From: an uncultured Acidobacteriaceae bacterium
GTDB taxonomy: Bacteria > Acidobacteriota > Terriglobia > Terriglobales > Acidobacteriaceae
Direction of reading: 5' to 3'
NCBI GenBank assembly: GCA_963758745.1
Contig: CAVWWW010000002.1
Span: forward strand, 188,829 to 252,828
Length of the DNA: 64,000 bases
This document shows, one piece after another, positions 21,696 to 30,587 of this stretch (within the stretch, counting starts at the first letter, position 1; every line of letters begins with the position of its first letter). Position numbers and translations under genes: made by a program. The notes under the pieces are model-generated. The model made no database searches. It saw only the letters and a program-made list of their open reading frames with translations, and was not told where the DNA came from.

Positions 21696-21697
21696 GC

Positions 21698-23095
21698 TCA
21701 TTCCTCTTTTTTAGGTTCCTTCCTCGTTTCCTCGTTCTCCGCCCCGTCTAGAGCCGCAATCACTGCCGCCAAGTTTGCATCCAGTACAACCGGTGCACGC
21801 TGAAGATGTTTCGCGCCTGCAGCGTCCGTCTCAAAGTGCGTTCCTGCAAACAAATCGCCGCGATGGAAGTTGATGGTAAAGTCAGGATCCTTCAACAGAT
21901 GCCCAGTCAAAATCAGCACAACGCTTTCGCCAGCTTTGACGAATCCCCTCCCCCGCAGCTTTTTCAGCCCCGCCAGTGTCACTGCCGAAGCAGGCTCACA
22001 TCCAATCCCATCGGCCCCGATCTCCGCTTTGGCAATGGCGATTTCGACCTCCGTAACCTGCTCCACCTCGCCGCCAGTTGCCCGCAAAACCCGCAAAGCC
22101 TTCTTCCACGACGCCGGCTTCCCAACGCGTATCGCGCTAGCCAGCGTCTCGGCCGTCATCGGTTCTAGTTTCTCGCCGCCAAACTCGCGTACACTGCGGT
22201 AGAACGGATTCGCCCCCTGCGCCTGAATAATCGACAGCTTCGGCAAGCGCGAAATCAATTTCAGTTCATTCATCTCAATCAGCGCCTTGCCGATGGCAGA
22301 GCTGTTTCCCAGATTCCCTCCCGGAACAATGATGTGGTCCGGCGCCTCCCACCCGAGTTGCTCCATCAGTTCAATCGCGGCGGTTTTCTGCCCTTCAATA
22401 CGATAAGGATTCACCGAATTCAGCAGATAAACCGGCTTCTCGCGCACCAGCTCATTGAGGATGCGCACGCATCCATCAAAATCGGTGCGCAGTTGGCAGG
22501 TCAGCGCGCCATAGTCGAGCGATTGCGAAAGCTTGCCCCACGAAATCTTCCCCTCCGGAATAAGTACCAGGCTATGCATGTTGCCCCGCGCCGCATAGGC
22601 CGCCATCGAAGCCGACGTGTTACCCGTCGAAGCGCACGCCACCCAGCGGAACTCGTGCTGGTACGCCGCCGACGCCGCCAACGTCATGCCGGTATCTTTA
22701 AACGATGCGGTAGGATTCATTCCCTGATGCTTCGCCAGAAGATTCTCCACGTCCGCAGCACGCGCGCACCGAGGCAATTGATACAGTGGCGTGTTTCCCT
22801 CGCGCAGCGTGATCGCATGTTCCGCAGGAATATGTGGGAGAAGTTCGCGAAAGCGCCAGACCCCGCTCTGGTCAAGCGCATTCCGGGAGGTTCGGCGTAC
22901 CAGCCACAGCGCCTTCAATACTCCAGGGTCCGCAACCCGCGAGTCAGTCGTCCATCCCGGAAAAACAAACTCCAGCAGATCGCCGCAAACCCGGCAACGG
23001 AAGTCTTCGCTGGCAGAATCTGGCGTCGAGCCGCACGAAATGCACCGGAGCCTCGAACCGGTTTCAACCGCGCGAGTGGTCGACGAGAGAGCCAT
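21698..23095 (-). CDS. thrC: Threonine synthase (long form with N-terminal Cys4 zinc-ribbon)
   Basis: N-terminal C..C...C..C, the PLP lysine motif NPTASFKDTG, and GNTSASMAAY. Confidence 0.9.
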   Translation of the reverse strand: MALSSTTRAVETGSRLRCISCGSTPDSASEDFRCRVCGDLLEFVFPGWTTDSRVADPGVLKALWLVRRTSRNALDQSGVWRFRELLPHIPAEHAITLREGNTPLYQLPRCARAADVENLLAKHQGMNPTASFKDTGMTLAASAAYQHEFRWVACASTGNTSASMAAYAARGNMHSLVLIPEGKISWGKLSQSLDYGALTCQLRTDFDGCVRILNELVREKPVYLLNSVNPYRIEGQKTAAIELMEQLGWEAPDHIIVPGGNLGNSSAIGKALIEMNELKLISRLPKLSIIQAQGANPFYRSVREFGGEKLEPMTAETLASAIRVGKPASWKKALRVLRATGGEVEQVTEVEIAIAKAEIGADGIGCEPASAVTLAGLKKLRGRGFVKAGESVVLILTGHLLKDPDFTINFHRGDLFAGTHFETDAAGAKHLQRAPVVLDANLAAVIAALDGAENEETRKEPKKEE

Positions 23096-23225
23096 GATTT
23101 CGGTTAGCGCCGCGATTGCGTTCGCCTACCGACATGATACGGCAGGCCAGCAATCCAATCTCATTCCTTCGAAAACTCAGAAGTCGCTGTCCGCACGGTC
23201 GTCGATTGTCGTCATACGCTCCGCG

Positions 23226-23693
23226 CTAACGCAGGTAGTTATTCGTCCCGTTCATCCAATCAGCGCGCGGCGGATTGAACACGTCAAAATCCACCGTGTC
23301 TTCGAGCGCCTCCGCCATATGTGGCATGTTCGGAGGGATGGTCAGCACCTCCCCCGCATTCACCACAATCTCCTTGCCATCGATCCGGAACTTGAGCGCT
23401 CCCTCCGCAATGAATGTGATTTGCTCATTCGGATGGCTATGCTCGCGCACGATGCATCCCTTTTTCAAAAGCACGCGCGCCAGCATCATGTTCTGCCCGA
23501 CCACAAAATGCAGCCCCAGCAGAGGATTCAGAGCCTCGACTTTAACCGAGTTCCACGGCACATGCCGCAACTCGGCCCTGCGCTTCCCTTTTGCGACCGT
23601 GCCCTTAAGCGCAACTTTACTGGCTGATCGCGCCCCCTGTTTCATCTTGGTTTTCGCAGCCGCAGATGTTTTTCCAGCAGTCTTTTTTTTCAT
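23226..23693 (-). CDS. Cupin-domain protein with Lys-rich N-terminal tail
   Basis: The cupin core is REHSHPNEQITFIAEGALKF...GEVLTIPPNMPH. The N-terminus is MKKKTAGKTSAAAKTKMKQG. Confidence 0.7.
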   Translation of the reverse strand: MKKKTAGKTSAAAKTKMKQGARSASKVALKGTVAKGKRRAELRHVPWNSVKVEALNPLLGLHFVVGQNMMLARVLLKKGCIVREHSHPNEQITFIAEGALKFRIDGKEIVVNAGEVLTIPPNMPHMAEALEDTVDFDVFNPPRADWMNGTNNYLR

Positions 23694-23741
23694 AACGTCC
23701 TTAGGTTTTTCTTCTTCGCAGGAATGTTTTCCACGAACATA

Positions 23742-24563
23742 TCACAGGCCCTTGTAAAGCCCGCCATCAACCAGGATAGTCTGCCCGGTAACATAGGAAG
23801 CCCGCTCGCTCGCCAGCCACACAATGGTGTCGGCAAGTTCGCGCGGCTCGCCCAGTCTCTTCACCGCAGTATCCGCTGCCCAGCCCTCGAATATTTCATC
23901 CTCGCTCTTCCGCAGCGTAGCCGAGCGCGAGTGAGCAAGTTCCTTGAGCCGGTCAGTCGCCGTAAACCCCGGACCAACATTGTTAACCAGAATCCCATCC
24001 TTCCCAAACTCATTAGCCAGGCTCTTCACCAGCCCAACCACCGCCGCCCGCACCGCATTCGAATACACGAGATCAGCCACCGGCTGCTTCGTAGTGATAG
24101 ACGTAATCGTAATAATCCGTCCCCATTTTTTCTTCTGCATGTGCGGAATAACCTGCCGCGCGAAATAAACGTTGCTCATGAAATTCACTTCGACGGCGCG
24201 TCTCCATTCCTCCGTCGTAGTAGCCAGAAAACCTTTCGCCGGCGGCCCGCCCGCGTTGGTCACGCAGATATCGGCGCTGCCAAAGTTCTGCACCACAGCG
24301 CTCACAAAATCACCGACCGCATTCTCATCAGTAACATCAAACGCCTCGGCTAGCACCTCTGCCTTGTGCTCACTGCGAATCTTCTCGGCAACGGCGCCAA
24401 GCGCTTCACGATTGCGAGCACAGATGGCCACCCGACAGCCCTCCGCGGCAAACGCCTCCGCAGTAGCCCGTCCAATTCCCTGACTGGAAGCAGCAACAAT
24501 AGCAACCCGACCTCTGAGCCCGGTTTCCATAAGCGACAAATTATAAAGTCCGCTCGCCACCAT
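23742..24563 (-). CDS. SDR-family oxidoreductase (3-oxoacyl-ACP reductase-like)
   Basis: VAIVAASSQGIGRA (glycine-rich NAD(P)-binding motif, TGxxxGxG-type), NAGG, and a catalytic region of the Y...K type. An alternative start is ATG 24530 (METGLRGRV...). Confidence 0.8.
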   Translation of the reverse strand: MVASGLYNLSLMETGLRGRVAIVAASSQGIGRATAEAFAAEGCRVAICARNREALGAVAEKIRSEHKAEVLAEAFDVTDENAVGDFVSAVVQNFGSADICVTNAGGPPAKGFLATTTEEWRRAVEVNFMSNVYFARQVIPHMQKKKWGRIITITSITTKQPVADLVYSNAVRAAVVGLVKSLANEFGKDGILVNNVGPGFTATDRLKELAHSRSATLRKSEDEIFEGWAADTAVKRLGEPRELADTIVWLASERASYVTGQTILVDGGLYKGL

Positions 24564-24650
24564 GTCTTGCCGACATCTCGTTCTTGCGCCCTTGCCGCCG
24601 ATTCCGCGCGCAGGTAATCTAAAAACACTCCAGCTTTATGAAGGAACAAC

Positions 24651-25601
24651 ATGGCCGCCGCTCGTTACATTTGGATCGATGACTCCCTGAAACCCGCCAG
24701 CGAAGGCGTGGTCCCGTTTCTCAGCGCCGGAATGCAATTCGGTTTCAGCGTCTTTGAAGGCATCCGCTGCTACGCCACCGATCAAGGTCCCGCCGTCTTC
24801 CGCCTGGATGAACACGCCCAACGCCTGATGGATTCCGCCAACATCATCGGATTTCGTGATCTGCCGGTCACGCTCGAACAGGTGAAGAACGCCATCCACC
24901 AGACGATTGCCGCCAATGAATTCTCCGCTTGCTACATTCGCCCCATGATTTACCTCGACGGCGCCATGATGATGACCGTCGAGTCCGGCCGTCCGCGTTT
25001 CGTAGTAGCCGTCTGGGAGTGGAAGAATTTTCTAGGCGCAGACGCCAGAGACCGCGGCATCCGCGCCAACGTCTCCTCGTTCACCCGCTTGCATCCGAAC
25101 ATCATGATGACTAAGGCCAAGGTCTCCGGAAACTACGTCAGTTCAATTCTGGCGAAGACCGAATCCGTCCGCGCCGGATTCGATGAGGCCATCATGCTAG
25201 GCCCCGACGGCTACGTAGCCGAGTGTACCGGCGAAAATCTTTTTGTGGTTCGCAGTAAGGACAGCCACAAAATCGTCTACACCACGCCCCGCGCCGGCAT
25301 CCTCGAAGGCATAACGCGCGACAGCCTCATCACCCTCGCCAGAGATTTGGGCTATACGGTAATCGAGGAGCCCATCTCTCGCGATCAGCTTTACATCGCG
25401 GACGAAGTTTTTGTCTGCGGCACGGCAGCAGAAGTAGTCGCCTTGCGCGAAATCGATTTCCGGGTAATCGGCAACGGCATGACCGGCCCCGTAACCCGCG
25501 CCATGCAGGAAGAATTCCACACCCTGGTAGCCGGACGCCACGTCCGCTCAGCCCAATGGTTTGTCCCCGTGCCTGCGTTGAATGCAGTGGCAAAAGGCTA
25601 A
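24651..25601 (+). CDS. ilvE: Branched-chain amino acid aminotransferase (fold-type IV PLP enzyme)
   Basis: FGFSVFEGIRCY, the catalytic-lysine region TKAKVSGNYVSSILA, ECTGENLF and GITRDS. Confidence 0.85.
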   Translation: MAAARYIWIDDSLKPASEGVVPFLSAGMQFGFSVFEGIRCYATDQGPAVFRLDEHAQRLMDSANIIGFRDLPVTLEQVKNAIHQTIAANEFSACYIRPMIYLDGAMMMTVESGRPRFVVAVWEWKNFLGADARDRGIRANVSSFTRLHPNIMMTKAKVSGNYVSSILAKTESVRAGFDEAIMLGPDGYVAECTGENLFVVRSKDSHKIVYTTPRAGILEGITRDSLITLARDLGYTVIEEPISRDQLYIADEVFVCGTAAEVVALREIDFRVIGNGMTGPVTRAMQEEFHTLVAGRHVRSAQWFVPVPALNAVAKG

Positions 25602-25624
25602 AAAATATTTCATAAATCGCGTTT

Positions 25625-25870
25625 GGGTGGGGCATGGCTTCAGCTTGAATCTGTTTTGAAATGGCACGGCTTCACAGCTTGCGGAAAACTCGATGTTGCA
25701 CCTGATTTTGGGTGGCGCAGCCGGTTCACCCCTGCGATAAGAGCCTTGCTTTCATCGAGGGCTTTAGCCGCTGAGGCGAAACGTCGGCGCGAAGATATTT
25801 TTTCCGCAGTCTGTTCAGCCGTGCCGTCCAAAGCCAATAAGGACGCGGGCTTTAGCCCCTGAGGCAGCCG
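25625..25870. repeat. Cluster of REP/MITE-like structured extragenic repeats
   Basis: Direct repeats GGCAYGGCTTCA(CA)GCTTG (25630-25646, 25663-25680) and GGGCTTTAGCCNCTGAGGC (25759-25777, 25847-25865). A long inverted repeat, GGCACGGCTTCACAGCTTGCGG (25663-25684) against CCGCAGTCTGTTCAGCCGTGCC (25804-25825), encloses a smaller CTCGATG/CATCGAG stem. Both strands translate into the low-information peptides (HGFTA..., AVKPCHFKT) that I associate with acidobacterial extragenic repeats. Confidence 0.5.
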
Positions 25871-25998
25871 TCAGCTTATTCCTTTGGCTCATTGTGAGAT
25901 GACCTATAGGTAGATAGCACGTACCTGGAAGCTTATCTTAGGAATAGCTCTCGGAAGAGAGTTCTGGCGCTTCCAATCCGGCGAGGCCATAGGGCAAT

Positions 25999-26803
25999 AT
26001 GGGATATTTCTTACTGGCGGCCTACAGTTTCACTACGCTGTCTAAATCGGCCACTACGGCCGCCTTGGACGTGTCAGAAGTGTTGTTGCTGGTGTTTGGC
26101 GCCGTTTTGACGATAGGAGCGCTCGGGGAATACAAGAAATTCCCAAGGTTACTCAAGGCACCAGTTGAGACCTTTGAGTTACTGGTTGTGATTGGAATCG
26201 CCGGCGAACTACTCGCTGATGGCGCGATATTCGTTTTCTCGTCGCCATTTGCAAATGTTAAGCGAGGGGGAATATGCAACGCTTAATCACGAGGCGGGTA
26301 TGGCGCGAAAGGAGGCTGGAGAAGCCGACCGTCTTGCCGCCAATGCAAGACTCGAGACCGAAAGGCTACGCAAGCAAGTAGCGTGGCGACACCTGTCTCC
26401 CCAGCAACGAACAGACTTTGTCAACCACATGAAACCATTCCGCGGACAGCAGTACGGATTTTTTATAGCGTCAGCCCAGTATGCTGACCCGGAGATAGAC
26501 GATTTCGCATCCAGCTTGGATCGATCACTAAGTGGAGACGACCCCGACACCGCCGAATGGAAACGGGTTGTAAACGGCAGTAAGGGCGTGATTACAGGAG
26601 TCGATGTAGAAGTCCTGACATCTGCGACAGCATCTTCGAGAGCAGCCGCAAGCGCTCTAGCTTCTTGGTTAGCGTCCAACGGACTAGCGGCGACTAAGAG
26701 AGTCCGTACGCATGACAAGTTCATATGGTGGATGCACGCATTTACTGACAACTGTCTCAACCCCGAATCTGGAATTGTAATTGTTGTCGGAAAGAGGCCA
26801 TAG
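25999..26803 (+). CDS. Hypothetical protein: two N-terminal TM helices, a coiled-coil and a C-terminal domain; probably one gene with a +1 break near 26240 (alternatively two overlapping genes)
   Basis: ORF 25999-26286 (two TM helices) overlaps ORF 26192-26803 by 95 nt in the +1 frame. ...GELLADGAIFVFS joins smoothly to RHLQMLSEGEYATLNHEAGMARKEAGEADRLAANARLETERLRKQ. I recognise no family. Confidence 0.4.
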
Positions 26804-26917
26804 GCAGGACTGCACAAGGCCACCAGCGCCGCTAGTGCCAAGCACAGTGCCTGTGGCATCGCTACCACCGGCACGGACTAGTTGACATCAAGAGTTATAA
26901 TGGTGTTTGGGCTGGAG

Positions 26918-27130
26918 TCGAAACTATTAGAAGTCATGTTTTGCTAAGTCATTCGTAATCTGGACTTTGCGCGACTTAGTCCTCGCAAGTCGCTGATTCT
27001 AAAGACTAGCGCAAAAGATAACTCCTTTATTGTCAAGACTTTGTAAGTTAACTAATTTAGAATCATAGGCCTGGCAGGCGATTCGCGCTAACCCAATGAT
27101 TTTAATAGACCGAGCCAAATAGGGGGTACC
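26918..27130 (+). repeat. Left copy of a diverged ~200-bp inverted repeat; also the leader region of the gene starting at 27185
   Basis: It aligns with the reverse complement of 30089-30290. Matching blocks include ATCTGGACTTTGCGCGACTTAGT vs ATCTAGACTTTGCGTGACTTAGT, AACTCCTTTATTGTCAAGACTTTGTAAGTTAA vs AACTCTTTTATTTTCAATACTTTGTAAGTTAA, and ...CAATGATTTTAATAGACCG vs ...CAATGATTTCAATAGACCG, ending in GGGGTACC. By my hand alignment the conserved blocks are about 75-90% identical (lowest ~75%, highest ~90%); one ~40-nt central block is poorly alignable. Confidence 0.7.
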
Positions 27131-27184
27131 CCCTGAGTATCAACTGGTGACTAAACAAGTTACACAATCCCAAACCGGGAAATT

Positions 27185-28390
27185 ATGAAGAAGCGCCAAT
27201 ATCGAAGAGAAACCGAAGCCGTTCGTGGCGGAACGAGCCTGGACAAGAAAAATGGTCCGCTCTCCACTCCCATCTATCAGACTTCGACTTTCGAAGTCAC
27301 CGACATGCAGGAGCAAGTCCGCGTCACGCCGACCGACAGTTTCTACACACGCTACGGAAATCCCACGCACACTGTCGCCGAGAACGCCATCGCCGAACTG
27401 GAAGGCACAGATGCCGCGCTGCTCTTCTCGTCCGGAATGGCCGCCATCACGACCTCATTTTTGTCGCTGGTAAAAGCCGGCGACCACATCGTCGCGCAGC
27501 GCGATATTTACGGCGGAGTCACAAAATTTCTTTCGCAGTGGCTGCCGAAATTGGGAGTCGAAACGACATTCGTCGACACCAACAACATGGAGCAGCACGA
27601 GCAAGCAATCCGCCCAAATACAAAAATCCTGCACGTCGAGTCGCCAACGAATCCGACCGTTCGAGTTGTTGATCTAGAAAAAATTGCGCATTTGGCGCGC
27701 AAGCACAAGCTGATCTCGACCATCGACTCGACCTTTGCCACACCAATTAATTGCCGTCCCGCTGAATGGGGAATCGATCTGGTATTGCATTCCGGTACAA
27801 AATATTTCGGCGGACATTCCGACTTGATCTGCGGAATCGCAACCGGAAGCCGCGATCTGATCGACAAAATTCACCAGACGCGCACCACACTAGGTTGTTG
27901 CATGGATCCGCATGCCGCGTTTCTTCTGCTGCGCGGAATCAAGACTCTAGCTGTCCGCGTTGAACGCCAGAACGAAAGCGCTCTTCGGATTGCGGGATTT
28001 CTCAGTCAGCATCCGAAAGTGACGCGAGTGCATTATCCGCTCTTGAACGAGCATCCAGACAACGCAATCGCCAAAAAGCAGATGAAAGGTGCTGGATGCG
28101 TAGTGAGTTTCGAGGTCGAAGGCAGCGGAACTGATGCTTGTCGCGTGGCTGAAGGTTTGAATTTGTTTACTCTTGCTCCGAGTCTGGGAGGAGTAGATTC
28201 GCTCGTGACAATTCCGGTGATGACCTCTCATGCCATGATCGCTCCCGAACTTCGCAAAAAAATGGGAGTAACGGAACAGATGATTCGCTTGTCGGTTGGC
28301 ATCGAACATGTCGATGATTTGATCGCTGATCTCGAAAAGGGTTTAGCTGTGCCGATGAGAACTCGGGAACAGGTCGTTGTCGCCGACTAG
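27185..28390 (+). CDS. PLP-dependent Cys/Met-metabolism enzyme (cystathionine gamma-synthase / gamma-lyase / methionine gamma-lyase family)
   Basis: YTRYGNPT, FSSGMAAI, DSTFATP and the PLP-lysine region HSGTKYFGGHSD, with a typical ~400-aa length. Confidence 0.85.
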   Translation: MKKRQYRRETEAVRGGTSLDKKNGPLSTPIYQTSTFEVTDMQEQVRVTPTDSFYTRYGNPTHTVAENAIAELEGTDAALLFSSGMAAITTSFLSLVKAGDHIVAQRDIYGGVTKFLSQWLPKLGVETTFVDTNNMEQHEQAIRPNTKILHVESPTNPTVRVVDLEKIAHLARKHKLISTIDSTFATPINCRPAEWGIDLVLHSGTKYFGGHSDLICGIATGSRDLIDKIHQTRTTLGCCMDPHAAFLLLRGIKTLAVRVERQNESALRIAGFLSQHPKVTRVHYPLLNEHPDNAIAKKQMKGAGCVVSFEVEGSGTDACRVAEGLNLFTLAPSLGGVDSLVTIPVMTSHAMIAPELRKKMGVTEQMIRLSVGIEHVDDLIADLEKGLAVPMRTREQVVVAD

Positions 28391-29634
28391 CGATGCGTTC
28401 CAGTTGCCTGCACGCACTCCAAAATTTCGGCTTCGCTCAGCGTATGATCACTTGCCTTCGCGCATTTATAGATGCGATCGACAACATCATCATTCGCCGG
28501 TAGACCGCGACGCTCCAGCCAGAAAAAAACATTTGATTTTCCGCTCATCGGACCGATATCGATAATCTGTTCGAGACCAAAGTAGTGCGATGGGACACCT
28601 GAATAAACAGCATTCGCGAGCTCAATATCTTTTTTCCTGTAGGCTTTGATTACCGCAGCTGCATGAACGCCAGTTGCGGTGCGGAACGCATCTTCTCCAA
28701 CCACAGGATAGTTTGCTGGAATCGGAACGCCAGTCGCAGCGGAAACAACTTCACAATATTGCTTCAGTTTGGTCAGGTCTTGTCGATCCCAAGGTGCGAT
28801 TCCCATGAGCTTCAGATTGACCAGCATCTGATCCATCTGCGTGTTGCCCACGCGTTCTCCGATACCGAGTGCTGTGGCGTGAACGCAATCCGCTCCCGCT
28901 ATCAACGCTGCCATTGAATTGGCAATTGCTAATCCTCGATCGCAGTGTCCATGCCAATCGATGCGAATTTTTTTGCCTGAGGGCTTAACTACTTCTTCGA
29001 GCACAAATTTGACAAGAGCGATTGTGCCAATCGGCGTTGCGTGTCCGACGGTGTCGCAGAGGACGAGCGCGTGAGTTCCATAATCGATGGCTGCGGAATT
29101 CAGCTGCTTCACGGTTTCGGGATCGCAGCGCGTGGTATCTTCGGTCACATACATCACTTCGAGGCCGAGCGAAATAGCGTATTTGACCGCCTTTTCGGTG
29201 GTCTGAAGCAGGAAGTCTTGGTTCCAATTTTCCGCGTAACGTCGAATCGGACTTGAACCAAGGAAAGCAGCGACCTCGATTGGAAGACCGGTTTTTTGGA
29301 CGATTTCGGCGATGGGACGAATATCGTTTTCGTGCGTACGCGCGGCGCAGTACGCTGTGATCTTCATTTTGTTGGCTACGATTTCGCGCGCCAGCAATGT
29401 CACGTGCTCGACTGCTCGCGGACCTGCTCCAGGAAGTCCGAGATCGAGAGAGTTGATGCCTAGCGCTTCCATCAAGTGCAGAATTTCAATTTTCTGCTCG
29501 ATGGAAGGATCGCGTACTGATGGGGATTGCAGGCCGTCGCGAAGCGTCTCATCGGCGAGGCGCACTGGACCTGGCAGATCGAGCAATTTTGGTTGCTGTG
29601 CGTTCCAGTCGTAAATTAGTTCGGAAACGTTCAC
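28387..29634 (-). CDS. 2-isopropylmalate synthase / homocitrate synthase family protein (DRE-TIM metallolyase, no LeuA regulatory domain)
   Basis: LADETLRDGLQSP (the DRE-TIM signature), HGHCDRGLAIANSMAAL.AGA, and GIGERVGN. GTG start at 29634. Confidence 0.75.
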   Translation of the reverse strand: MNVSELIYDWNAQQPKLLDLPGPVRLADETLRDGLQSPSVRDPSIEQKIEILHLMEALGINSLDLGLPGAGPRAVEHVTLLAREIVANKMKITAYCAARTHENDIRPIAEIVQKTGLPIEVAAFLGSSPIRRYAENWNQDFLLQTTEKAVKYAISLGLEVMYVTEDTTRCDPETVKQLNSAAIDYGTHALVLCDTVGHATPIGTIALVKFVLEEVVKPSGKKIRIDWHGHCDRGLAIANSMAALIAGADCVHATALGIGERVGNTQMDQMLVNLKLMGIAPWDRQDLTKLKQYCEVVSAATGVPIPANYPVVGEDAFRTATGVHAAAVIKAYRKKDIELANAVYSGVPSHYFGLEQIIDIGPMSGKSNVFFWLERRGLPANDDVVDRIYKCAKASDHTLSEAEILECVQATGTHR

Positions 29635-29704
29635 GAAATTCAGCTCGCTGCTCCCAGCTCTTAGCTGCTGGCCCTCAGTGTAGGTCTTAGAAAAACGCTT
29701 TGCT

Positions 29705-30046
29705 CTACTTTTTCTCTTCTTTCGGAGGAATCGTTAGGCCGAATATTGAAATCTGTCCCTTTCCGGCTACGTTCATTCCGCTCGGATCTTCTGGGTTCGG
29801 CAGATAAAGGGTTTGGCAAAATTCGCAGCGATAAACTTCCGCGTCCGGTCCCCAGGCTTTTTCTACGCATCCGCATTCTTTTTCGAGGACGTCGACGGTG
29901 TAGAACCAACGTTTCAGGTGTCCACCGCAGAATTTGCCTTTTTCGTTTTTTTCATTGCATGCACGCTGCCCAGGTTTCTTGATTTTTACCTTGTGATTTG
30001 GCAGCTGCGGAGCAGTCGCTGCGATCGCTGTATCGTTAGAAGCCAT
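29705..30046 (-). CDS. Cys-rich hypothetical protein (113 aa, probable zinc-ribbon)
   Basis: Cysteine pattern C-x10-C ... C-x-C ... C-x2-C (ACNEKNEKGKFCGGH...ECGCVEK...YRCEFCQ). It is preceded by the right copy of the ~200-bp repeat. Confidence 0.55.
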   Translation of the reverse strand: MASNDTAIAATAPQLPNHKVKIKKPGQRACNEKNEKGKFCGGHLKRWFYTVDVLEKECGCVEKAWGPDAEVYRCEFCQTLYLPNPEDPSGMNVAGKGQISIFGLTIPPKEEKK

Positions 30047-30088
30047 ATTTCGGTTTTCTCTTCGAGCTCTTGCCGCCGACCAAACTTG

Positions 30089-30290
30089 AGGTACCCCTTA
30101 CCTTAGCGGTCTATTGAAATCATTGACTTAGAGCGAAATGCCTCCCAGGTATCTGACTCTAAAGGATTTAACTTACAAAGTATTGAAAATAAAAGAGTTA
30201 TTAGAGATCTACCTCATAATCTTCCTTTAGATTCAAGGGGTTGCAATTACTAAGTCACGCAAAGTCTAGATATTAAGCAACTTATTTCGA
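30089..30290 (-). repeat. Right copy of the diverged ~200-bp inverted repeat; also the leader region of the gene starting at 30046
   Basis: See 26918-27130. The orientation relative to the downstream gene is the same for both copies, and the distance from repeat end to start codon is 55 nt and 43 nt. Confidence 0.7.
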
Positions 30291-30587
30291 TCAGAGTTCA
30301 CTGAGCTTAACTTCAGCAAAACTCTATTATAGCTGGTGCTGTCAATGGAATTTTGTTGGATAGGAGCCAGCCAGGCTCGATGTTGATCATCTCACCGCCA
30401 GCCCTGTGATGGCTGGCCGGACGTTCGTGATCGGCCGCGTTCGGCCTTCGCTTCGGAGTGGCCGGGTCAGTTAGATGAAACGTCTGGCTTGGAGGGTGCA
30501 ATTGTCATTGTTCGGTGATCGGTGATCAGTGGTCAGTTGACTTCGCGGTGCCGCGTGCCGTCCATCGCGCGCTATGGAGTAATTGAT

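Noticed and set aside
26882-26901. Perfect TTGACA and TATAAT hexamers upstream of the left repeat.
   Set aside because: They are only 8 nt apart, incompatible with a sigma-70 promoter (16-18 nt spacer).
26885-26935. ATCAAGAG, reminiscent of the 5' end of the SAM-I (S-box) riboswitch, upstream of a Cys/Met-metabolism gene.
   Set aside because: The following sequence lacks the conserved GGNGGAGGGA...GGCCC...GCAACC core. The match is a single short word.
28387-28390. Convergent genes share the palindrome CTAG as overlapping stop codons (TAG on both strands).
   Set aside because: This is a real but trivial consequence of tight convergent packing. There is no evidence of function.
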